DNA from: Takakia lepidozioides | Taxonomy: Eukaryota; Plantae; Bryophyta | Length of the DNA stretch: 64,000 nt | Reading direction: 5' to 3' | Assembly (NCBI GenBank): GCA_030704615.1 | Contig: CM060733.1 | Location: 70,742,001 to 70,806,000, forward strand | Shown here: positions 27,201-38,495 of the stretch, in pieces | Layout: each line of letters begins with the position of its first letter | Position numbering within the stretch: position 1 is the first letter of the stretch | Translations under genes and position numbers: made by a program | Notes under the pieces: model-generated | What the model was told of the DNA's origin: nothing | Databases searched by the model: none | What the model saw: only the letters and a program-made list of their open reading frames with translations

Positions 27201-30200
27201 AGCTTCAAAGTGCGAATTCGGGGTCACAAAAGTGGAGTTCCTCGGGCATGTGATTACACAGGATGGGATCAAAATGGATGATAGAAAGGTGAGGGTGATC
27301 TTGGACTGGGAGCCTCCGACTTCGGTCCTGGGAGTGCGATCCTTCCTAGGACTTGCCTCCTATTACCGAAAGTATGTGAGAAATTTCGCCAAGATCGCGG
27401 GGCCGCTGTCAGACCTTTTGTGTAAGTCCAAGGTATGGGTATGGAACACCTTTTGTGACCAAGCTTTTGCCAAGTTCAAGCAGCAGATGGCAGAAGCTCC
27501 AGTCCTGAAAATCCCGGAGTTCGACCGTCTATTTGAGATTCATACGGATGCGTCGGACTTCGCGATTGGGGGTGTACTCATGCAGGATGGACGTCCAGTG
27601 GCTTACGAAAGTAAGAAACTGAATGAAGTGGAGCGACGGTGGCCTACGCACGAGAAAGAAATGAAGGCGGTGGTGCATTGCCTTGAGCTTTGGCGCCACT
27701 ATGTTGGTTCCAACCCGGACAAGGTGTTCACGGACAATGTCACAGTGAAGTATTTTGCCACACAACCTAAGTTGTCCCCAAAACAACTTAGGTGGCAAGA
27801 CACTTTGGCAGTGGTCGACGTGGACAAACCGGGACGGGACAATGTGGTGGCCGATGCTTTAAGTAGAAAGCAGCAACTCATGTTGGAGTACAGGGGCGAG
27901 ACGGCGCTCCAAAGGAAGATCCGGAAGGCTTACCGAAAAGATGAGATGGCAAAGTCCGTGATGCGGGACTTGAGGATGGGGGTTAAATCGCAGTTCCACT
28001 TGCACAATGGACTGCTCCGGTACAAGCAAAAGCGCCTCTACGTGCTGAAGGGAGGGATCAGAGATAGTCTCTTGAGAGAATGCCACGATGGCCCGCTTAC
28101 GGGCCACGGCGGAGCCAAGCCCACCGCAGCACTCTCGAAGAAAGAGTATTTCTGGCCCAAACTGAGGGAGGAGGCCGAGGAGTATGTCAAGACATGCACC
28201 ACATGCCAACAAAACCGAAGCAAAGACAAAAAGCAAGCGGGGCTGTTACAACCCTTGCCGATTCCAGAGGGGTCTTGGGAAAGTGTCTCGATGGATTTCA
28301 TGACTGCTATGCCACTGTCAAAATGATTCGATGCATTCATGGTGGTGGTGGATAGGTTCAGTAAAATGGGCCATTTCATTCCCACCAAAGAGACGGCAAC
28401 GACGCAGGAGACGGGGCGACTTTACTTCGCCCACGTCTTCAAGCATCATGGACTCCCGAAGGATATTGTCTCGGACCACGATCCAAAGTTTACAAGTGAA
28501 TTTTGGAGGGCACTTTGGAGGAAAATGGGGACGAGGCTCAAGATGAGCACCGCCTTCTGACCTACGACGGACAACCAAACCGAAAGAGTGAATTCCGTGG
28601 TGAAGCAGATCTTACGGAATTATGTGTCGGCAGACCAATCAGACTGGGTGGAGCACTTGGATGCGACAGAGTTCTGTTACAATAACACAAAACACTCCGT
28701 AACGGGAGTTTCCCCTTTTGTATTGGTCTATGGAAAAGCACCTCTGGTGCCGACAAGTTGGGCCGCCCAGGACGTTGAGGAACCGGCAGCAGCGGCGGTG
28801 CTGGAAGAACGCGAGCGTTTGTTAGAGCTCGCAAAGTACAACATTGCCAAAGGTAGGAAACGGTATGAACGACAGGCGAATCGGAAGCGGAGGGAAGTTA
28901 AGTTTGAGGCAGGCACGGAGGTCTGGTTGAACATCAAGAATTTTCGACTACCTCCGGAAGTGAGTCCAAAGTTCGTATCTCCGTATGCGGGGCTCTTTCG
29001 CATCCGGAAGGTTATGAATGAGGATGTGTATGAATTGGAGCTGTCGGCAAACAGCAAGGTGTATCCGGTATTCCATGTCTCCCTTTTGAAGCCTTACTTC
29101 AAAGATGAAGCGCGTCCGAATCGGCATCAAGTGTTGGTCCGCCACCTGTGCTGTTGGATCATGAAAATGAACCTGAGTACGAGGTGGAGGCAGTGCTTAA
29201 GTCGAGGAGGTTCAAGAATCGAGAAACGGAGTATCTCATGAAATGAAGGGCTATCATCAAGTGGAGGCAACTTGGGTGCGTGCCTCAGAAATGAGAAACA
29301 CATCCGAGGCGGTTGCAGCTTTCAAAGGGCAACCTCAAAAGCGGAAGAAGCGTTGATGGGGACATCAACCTTGGATCGTGGGGGAGGAAATGCATGCTTA
29401 GCCCGGCTTAGCTAGCTCAGGAGTCTAATTGCAAAAACTTGTGTTGTACAAATTTTGTTTATAAATGAAATGGTTTCCAAATGTTGTGCTTCTTATTTTG
29501 TTTGGAATGGTGATGTATGGTATGGTTGGCTAGTGTGTAGAATGCATGCTAGCTTACAAAAGTAGGAGAGGTAAATTGGATTAATCGTGTGTTTGCGCAG
29601 AGCCGAAATCGGGTGACTCCCATCCAAGGAGCAAAGAAACTTGTGCCTTCTTTGGGAATTCACGTGCTAGTGTGCACCTGGCGCGTGCGCGTACTATAAT
29701 TGCGCTACCGAGGGGGTTGTCTTGTAGTGCGGATTAACGCGGAAGCTACATGCTTCTGTTCACGTACTATAATCGTGTAACCTCGGGACGAAGTCATAGT
29801 GCGGCTTCGGCGTGTTCCCGTACCTCAGGCCAACATTCCAAGGCGGACCCAATTGTAGTGATTGGGGCGCGCGGTTGATTCAAGGTTATCTTCCTAGTCA
29901 AAAAATGTTCAAGGTGAACCCTTGCTCAAGGTGATGCCCAAAGCAGCAGCATGAGCGATCGCAAAAAATGTTGTTGCAATAAGGCAATTTGATCCTCGGG
30001 GAGGATCATTCCTTGGCCTTGAAGTAGGCCAAGAAGAGTGCACTTGGTGGAGCTTGAGAGGCTCTACCCTTGGCCGGGACTTGGAGGAAGTCGGCCGAAC
30101 TAGCTAGTGGAGAGTTGAGTCAAGTGGGGGTTTGGTTCTTTGCCATGGGACGCCACGGTACGGAAAAAAACTCCTTGATGTGGGACGCCACAACTTGGAT

Positions 30201-30987
30201 GTTTGTTTCTACAAAATGGACAAGTCGATGAGGACATCGACTCCCTGTTGGTAGGGGTGTGTGTCGCGGCCCTTCACCTTAAGGACAGGGGGTCGGGACA
30301 CAAGAGGGGCTGCCCCTGTGGTGGGGGCAGTGGCAACAATAGATACGGGGGCTGAAGCACCCTTGAGTGCCCAAGGCACTCGAGGAGGCGGAGGCGCTCA
30401 CTAGGTGGAACCCCGCACACCGGGTCGCGGTGGGGGTGGTTCCACGAGGGGTGGTGGTGGCTTGGTGGGACTTAGTGGGGGTGGCATAGGACTCACCATA
30501 GGGCAGAGACCTTGTGGTGGGAGTCGTGGGGAGTCTTGGGACTCATCATGGTCCATTGGGGCCGTGGTGGGTGGGCCAAGACTCATCGTGACTCACCACC
30601 GGGAATGGAGGGTCTTCGTGGTGGTTCGCCATAAAAGGATGGTATTGTTTGTGAAACCCCCACGGACAGTCACAAAAGTATATATAGGGAGTAGTAACCC
30701 CGAGAACGGTGCAAGCCCATTGGTGACCAAAAAACTAGTGAGTAAGCGTGCGAGCCGGAAAGCGACCAAGGTGTGCGGAGCTATTCCGGACTGCCAACAA
30801 CCAAAGGGAATTTCCACTAGGCCCAAATTGAGAGAGGGTCTTGTGGAGGAGTAAAGGGGGACCGTTATGTCCCGGTGAGCAGCCGAAGCTCCGAGTTGGC
30901 TCGGCGGCCAGTTTGGGAGTTAGGCGCGCGCATCAAAGCGAGTAACTATGACTTGAAGGGGAGCTTACCGAAGTGAGGTGTGCGACA
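24239..30987 (+). mobile_element. Galadriel-like copy C; 5' LTR truncated (24239-24761), 3' LTR 30262-30987
   Basis: PBS 24764-24775; 477-aa gag-PR ORF 24954-26387; RT-RH-IN ORFs 26717-29241 with nonsense codons; YIDN instead of YIDD. Confidence 0.94.
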
Positions 30988-31642
30988 CAAACTGGCCGCC
31001 GGGCCAACTCGGAGCTTCGGCTGCTCACCGGGGCATAACAATCCCCCTTTGCTCCTCCACGAGACCCTCGCACACTTTGGGCCTAGTGGAAATTCCCTTT
31101 GGTTGTTGTCAGTCCAGAACAGCTCCCCACACCTTGGTCGTTTTCCGGCTCGCACGCTTACTCACTAGTTTTTGGACACCAATGGGCTTGCACCGTTCTT
31201 GGGGTTATTACTCCCCTATACATACTTCTGTGACTGTCCGCGGGGGTTTCACAAACGACATAGTCCTTTTATAGCGAACCACCACGAAGACCCTCGATTC
31301 CCGGTGATGTGTTGCGGTGAGTCTTGTCCCACCCACCACGGCCCCAATGGACCGTGATGAGTCCCAAGACTCCCCACAACTCCCACCACAAGGTCTCAGC
31401 CCCATGGTGAGTCCTAGGCCACCCCCACTAAGACCCACTAAGCTACCACCACCCCTCGTGGAACCACCCCCACCGCAACCCGGTGTGCGGGGCTCCACCT
31501 AGTGAACGCCTCCGCCTCCTTGAGTGCCTTGGGCACTCAAGGGTGCTTCAGCCCCCATACCTATTGTTGCCATTGCCCCCACCATAGGGGCAGCCCCTCT
31601 TGTGTCTCGACCCCCTGCCCTCAAGGCAAAGGGGCCGCGACA
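30988..31642 (-). repeat. Inverted partial LTR of the same family (probable 5' LTR of copy B)
   Basis: Ends ...GGGCCGCGACA at 31642, the LTR 5' terminus on the minus strand; lacks the last ~70 bp of the LTR. Confidence 0.88.
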
Positions 31643-33659
31643 ACAGGTATCGGCATGTTTTGACCCTGGCTCTGGAGTATTTAAGAATGAACTATAAAAT
31701 AAAAATGGGGGCCTTGTTTGACCACCCAGGGTAAATCTATCTGTTCCCTCTTGATTAGACAACCCGTCAGTCCAGTTTCAATGCTACATGAGCTGCAGCG
31801 GAAGGAGGAAAACATCGTGACACCTAGACCGGACTGTTATCCTACTTGTTTGTTTGGTTGACATCACGTCACTATCCTTGCTTTGGTATGGAAAATGCTC
31901 AAAAAAGATATCTTGACCCCTCATATGGCGCCTGCCTGCAGCACCCGCACTCCGTTATCTCGTTTGCTTGGTGCACCATGTGCACGGTTCGTTACTTAAC
32001 GCACATTCCATTTATCCTTCATGGCAGTGGCCTTCAGCTACTCTGATTACTTACACGATCTGTCCCTTAAAGCATGCTACGCAGCTTTCTATTCCTACCT
32101 TGCATCTCGATCTTGCGTTTCCAGGGCCTGCCCGGATCAGTTTTACTTGCGATCCAACTGAACTACCCTCATTCGATCTCTTTCCTGTGTATCCTTTCTC
32201 TGTCCATGACTATCTCATTACGACTGCATGGTGTCCTGGCATAATCGCCCACAATGATTGTTCTCTCAACACTTGTTGCAGTTCAAACGTTTCCCAGTTT
32301 GTTTTCTTAATCTTCTGCTTCAACAGTACATGCTCCTCTTTGTAAATACTGCTTATCTCATTTATATCACACGGCTCACTATGATGGCCGCTTAGTTTCA
32401 ACATAGTCTGTGCACTGTACACGCATCTCACTAATCGCTTTGCTAAATCCACTCAAGCTAATCTATGTTTCTTCTGCTCTGTCTCCATCGTCTCTCCGAA
32501 ACTTAAAAGTAAACTTAAACTTAAAAGTGAATCCCCCATCCTTCAATGATCTCCGTCTACTACCTTGTACCATGCAGTAGTCCATGGAATCGCTTCACTC
32601 CCCAAGTCCCTACTTTCTAATCACCGCCCCAACATCTACTAATCAGCTAAGCCTCCCCAAGTTGTGCCTGCTGACTAAGCATTAATATATGGACATGTGG
32701 CCCTGATCCACGTCTTGATAAGATCTTACGAGCCCAAAACTTAATTACACGGTTCGCTTAGTCATGCGCCTTAGTGTCACAAGACGCCGACGTTGATCAG
32801 TCTTAGATCAATGGTTTGCATGTTGCCAAACTGTCTTCATGTCCACCCTGATCCTCGTAATGAACCAAGACCTTCATCCTCTTCTTCGCTCATCCATGCC
32901 CATCCTTCTTCATTCATGTTTATTCTCTTCCACTGTTCATCCAGTCATCTCGCTTCTTCCTTTGTCATTTCCTTCTCCCGCACACCTTATGTTCTACCCG
33001 CAAAATCCAAGTGTGTTTCTCTTCACTAGTTTTCCCCTTACAGAACTCTCGGGGTGAAAGTAGCCTGTAGCTAGAGGCTATGGTGAGTTGGCCGAGTGTT
33101 GTGATGTGTCTGAGTTTAAAGTAGGCAAGTACGGGCCTTTTTTGGCGAGGGTGATGTTCCTCAAGTTCGGAAAGAGATGGGCTGTTAAGCCATGCTTGTT
33201 CAAGGGGTGAGATGGTGTTAGGGTACCAGGCAGATTGGTTTGTATGCTGATGTTCATTTGTGTAAGATGTATAGAGTTTTAGCAGTAGGAGAGTGGTGGC
33301 AGGATTGGGGATGAAGGGTTGGTAGGGAGTAAAGGCCATTGTATCGTAGCCAGGAATTGAAGGAGACCCCTATAGATAAGTCCTAGTCGTCCAGGGTCAT
33401 TGAGAGCTTCTTGTAGTTGTGTGCCTAGGGTGCGGGTGTAGGAGGTAATTAGTGGGATAGTACCTATGCCGTAGCTATCTGTTGGAAGTTGGGTAAGGGC
33501 GTTGGGGGTGCTGGTGGGTAGATCGCAAATATGTTTAGTGAGTTGGATGAAATGTTTGTCGATTAATTTGATGTTTGGGAGGGAGAAGGGTGTTGCGTGA
33601 AAAGAGTATTGGACACTACAAAAAGAGCTTCAAAAGGCAGGGCACCCATAAAATGAGCT

Positions 33660-33765
33660 TGATCAATGGGCGATCGAATGGTTGACCATCCAAATGGTTT
33701 TTGTTTGTTTAACTTTGCCACTATGTTCAACATACCATGTAACAGGTCCCAGTACGAGATCAATC
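33660..33765 (-). repeat. Dispersed inverted copy of the satellite subunit
   Basis: Reverse complement of ~15555-15655 (ggtatgttgaacatagtggcaaag...gatggtcaaccattcga). Confidence 0.65.
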
Positions 33766-34639
33766 ACTAGAAGCATTCGTGTCATTTACCACTGGGGTAA
33801 CGACTCATTTTGAGTCGTAAAAGTCAAAAAACCGGGATCGACTGGAAGTTACAAACGACTAGTTACAACAAATGTGGAAGTTGGGTCGGACATCCAATGA
33901 TTGGAGTGGTAAAGGACGCAGACGCGCGAACAACTGCTCAGCAATTATTGCGATTAATGCTGAAGAACCATGTGGCGTAACCAGGTGGGCCGCTCGTGTG
34001 TCTGACCTTTTGGGCTGACTTTGACTTTTCCCTCCAGATGAGTGGACTGACTCACCGGAGCGCGGTGACACATGGACGCGGACGTGGACGACGATGTGGA
34101 CGTGGACGTGGCGGCGCCACGACGAGTAGCACTACTGCCACGTGGCCACGGGCCCGGGGCGCCACGTGGTAGTTGACCACATAACTTGCAGTGCTACATG
34201 CCCAATGGCAACTGCGACTGCGGAAGTCGGCGCAACCACTGCTTTACTACTTTAAATGAAGTGCTCGAAATTACTTGAACAATCACACGTAGTGGTTCAT
34301 GCTTTGAAGTTTGGTGTTTGTAATGAGCCGACTAGTACATACGCATGTAATGCCATACAAGAGAACTAATCATGTCATTAGAAATGCGAAAACAATGAAA
34401 GACATGCCATGAAACAAAACAAAATGAAAATGAAATGAAATGAAACAAATGGTACTTTATTACATCTGTGGAAAGCTCAAAGAGCTTATGATACAAAATG
34501 AAAAAACCAAAGTAAAAAAGCAGCCCAAAGCTACTACTGCTCTGGGGATTGCCTAAGGGTCAAGGTCTCATGCAGGTAAGCTGCCAAGTAATTGTGATCC
34601 TCATAATGCAAGACTCAGTGACAGATTGAGTCCCACGGA

Positions 34640-37600
34640 ATAGACCATCTACCCATGCAGGTTTCTTCTAGCTATTGATCCACAGGGAATCATAGGTAAT
34701 CATGTGCTTGAAATCTGGCCCTCTTGGATGAATCAGGACCCACACTCTCTTTGCTCCTTCAGCTACACATGCCTCTACGCAAATCATGCATTCATCCTTG
34801 CCTCGCTGCTAGTAGCTGATAATGACAGCCTAGATTTATTCTAGGAAACATCCAACTCAGCTTCTCACACTAGTTCCTATGCTGAATGCGTCTGCTAGTC
34901 TATGAAATGTAACAGACATTCATATTTTTGCCTTGGTTGTCCCATCATTGACTGGGGCAGAATAGTTTCATTCCACAACTTCTCCTCATCTCTGTTACTT
35001 GTTTTTTTCCTACTGTCATGTTGGCAGTATCATGTCAAAGTCACTCCAAACTATATTCACTCAACCAGCTAACTTGCCGAATTCAACATGGAAATTTAGG
35101 GCCGATTAGAGGGAAAAACAAGGTGAAATGTGTTGAATAAGATGCTTTCATTAGCAGTGTCTGATTTTATAAATTGTGCCGCTGCTGCCAGTTGACCATC
35201 TACCCATGCAGGTTTGTTGTAGCTATAGAGTCAATCTGGAGCTTGAAGCCCGGCCTTCTTGGGTGAATCTGCACCCACACTCTATCCCTGCTCCTTCAAC
35301 TATCTATGCCTCTGCACAAATCATGCATATATCATTGTCTTGCTGCTAGCAGCTGATGATGACAACCTAGATTTGTTCTTACACCCCAACCCTATTTGGA
35401 AAAACAGGCTGAAATGTGTTGAGGAAGGTGCCTTCATTAGCAGCACCTCATTCTATCAATTGTGCTGCCGCTACTGTTTCCACTTGCAACAATTGACCAT
35501 CTACTCCAGCTGATTTCTTTTAGCTATTGATCCCTCAGCCTGAACCTGAACATGAATCTAGACCTCTATCCCTGGTCCCTCAGCTATCCCTGCCCGTGTA
35601 CAGATCATGAATACATCCCTTAGCCTTGCTGCTAGCAGCTAATAGTGACGGCGTGAAGTTCTTCCAGAAAACACCCCAACCTAGGACTTAACAGTAGTTC
35701 CAATTCTGAATTGCAACAGCTTCTCTCTGTAGTCGAACAAGCACTCACCTTTTTGTCTCCATTGTCCCCCCTCTGACTGGGGTCGGAACATCCCAAAGCT
35801 TCTCTTCATCTTGTTATCTGTTTTTGGGTACTTTCCTGCTGCCACATCAGTAGTAACTTGTCAAAGTCACTCCAAACCACCCCACATCCACCCAACGAGC
35901 TAACTTACAGCATTCAATATGTAAATTCAGGGCTGGGTCTGATGAGAGGGAAAAATAGACTGAAATAGGTCGAAGAAGAAGGTGCCCTCACCACATTGTC
36001 CTCGACCTTGTGTCATGACCCATGGAGGATTTGACTGACCATGCACCCAAGAAGACCTCTTGTGTGTGCGAGGTGTGTGCTGCTTCCACACGGAATTGTA
36101 GGCGATCTGGAGCTTGAAATCCGGCCCTCTTGATGAATCTGGACCCACACTGCTCCCTGCTCCTTCAGCTATCCATGCCTCTGCACAAATCATGCATACA
36201 TCCTTGCCTTGATGCTAGCAACTGACAATAACACTCTAGAATTGTTCCAGCAAACCCCCAACCCTACTTATCACACTAGTTCCTATGCTGACTTGCATCT
36301 GCTTCCAACATGCATTCACCTTTTTGCCTGGATTGTTCCACCATTGACTGGGGTCGGAACCGTATTCATTTCAGAGCTTCTCCACATCTCTATTATCTAT
36401 TTTTCGATACTTTCTTGTTGACCACATTGGCAGTAACATGTCAAAATCACTCCAACACCACCATAGATCCACCAACGAGCTAACTTGTAGAATTCACCAT
36501 GAAAATTTAGGGACGACTCTGATAGTAGGGGAAAACAGGGTGAAATATGTTGAAGAAGGTACCTTCATTAGCAGTGGGCCTTAATCTATCAATTGTGCTG
36601 CTGCCATTGCTGTTTCCAGTTGACCATCTACCCACTTGTAGCCGTTGTGCTATTGAAGAAGGTGCCCCCCCTTCCCCATCATTTGATCATAGGTCTCCAA
36701 AGCCTCCATACCATGTCCTTGCTGTGCATACCCCGGTAGTTGCAGGATTGGGTGGATAAACGGCACATGTTGAGTCCATTGGAAGTCCATGGAATTTTTT
36801 CTTTTTGAATCTATTGCTTTCAGTTTATTTAAAAAAATATATATATAGTAGTATATATAACATTTTTAGTAAAGAGTCCCTCCTCAAAGATTGAAAACAT
36901 TCTTTACTAGATATTTTAATCTTTAATTTGAAAAAATATTTAGACATCAAAATCTAGAGTTTACAACCACTTGTCCATATACCACCTAGCACATCTAGAT
37001 TATAGGTTTGTATGCATTTTTAGTAAAAGAAGACACCTCAAAAACCCAAAACATAAGATGTTATGGACTAGAGCAAATCAACTTGTTTTAGGTGCAAAAT
37101 AGTCCATAGCTCTCAATTCCTAAGATAATTAGTCCACATAAAAGTGGATTTGGGTTGGATTTAAAAATGGCACCCCTAGTGTGTTTTCCTTTGTATCATT
37201 GTATGAGTGTACATGATGTTTTTTCAGTCCATAAGATTTTATGTGTAACATCTGCATTCCACAGTACTCTACTTTAAAAGTCCATGGCTCTCTGGTACAT
37301 GATTGTTTTTGCAATCTAACAATTGGTACACATACCTATTGTAGTTAGAAACCCTGCACCATATAAATTTAGATGAAATATTGAGTTGTTGAACAAATAT
37401 GGGTAAAACCATGTAGAGAGGTCACTGCAGAAACTGCCATGTTACGCAAAAATTGAGACACCCAATCCTGCAAATATCCACCCTGCAAGCATCGCATTCC
37501 ATGACACCACATTTGGTTCAGCCATAGTGTTGAAAACTCCCTTCGCATCCTTAATGCACCCACATTTGGCATAGACGTCCACCAAGGGAGTGTTCAGGAT

Positions 37601-38284
37601 GACATCTGGTACAATTCTAGCTTTGACGATGTCACCATGGACCTCTTTCCCCTTTTCCAGAGGTCCCCTGCTTGCACACGCATTGCAAACATGCGGAAGC
37701 GTGATGTGGTTGGGCTTCACCCCTTTGCACAACATTTGCTCATAGGTCGCCAAAGCATTCCTACCACACCCATGTTTGGTAGATCCTGCCATCATTATAT
37801 TCCACATGATCAAAGATCGCTGAGGCATTCTGTAGAAATCTTGGCGAGCATCCATGATGCTCCTGCACTTAACATACATGTTGACAAGGGTGTTCAGTAG
37901 AAAAAACATTTGGCATGAATTCACTTTGGATAATGTGAGTGTGCACCTGATTCCAGCTTCCAGACCTAGAGCCTATGTAAGTCTGCCTGCCTCACAAAGC
38001 CTCTTCACATGCTTTCAGAAGTTGCGGTCATGGTTGAGGACGTGCCTGATTTTATCAACTGTGCCGCTGCAGCTATTGCCTTTAGTTGACCATCTACCCA
38101 TTTAGGTTTCTTGTAGCTATTGATCCACATGGAATCACAGGTAATTTGGAGCTTGAAGTCCGGCCCTCTTGGATGAATCTGGACCCACACTCTATCCCTT
38201 CTCCTTCAGCTATCCATGCCTCTGCACAAATCATGCATTCATCTTTGCCCTTGCTGCTAGCAGCTGACAATGACAACCTAGGAA
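34640..38284 (-). pseudogene. Tandem decayed PDF-motif and PLS-PPR gene fragments
   Basis: Repeated GPDFK.Q..DS.WI.SYKKP.WVDGQL units; PPR motifs LLNTLVNMYVKCRSIMDARQ, GKEVHGDIVKA, YAKCGCIKDAKGVFNTMAEPNVVSWNAMLAG. Confidence 0.82.
36734..37479. mobile_element. 746 bp non-autonomous TIR element (MITE-like) with 4-bp TSD ACCC
   Basis: CGGTAGTTGCAGGATTGGGTG ... CACCCAATCCTGCAAATATCC; ACCC at 36730-36733 and 37480-37483; removing it restores PPR SWNAMLAGYAQQGHGMEALETYDQM. Confidence 0.8.
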
Positions 38285-38495
38285 GGGGGCTGCTATTTCA
38301 TGAGAGGCATGAGCATGCGCGGAAAAAAAAAAAGGCATGAGCGGGCCATTGTGTGTCCACGGAAATAGGGTTAGAAGGCACGGAAATAGGGTCATGTGGA
38401 CTCATCATAGCAATGAAATGCAACATTTTATTGCAAATTTTGTGGCAAGCCACGTCTATACAAGTGTGTCCTAACTGACATAGCAAAAATGGGAA

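Noticed and set aside
31643-33650. Possible LINE or host-gene remnant
   Set aside because: No diagnostic motif could be recognised; left unannotated.
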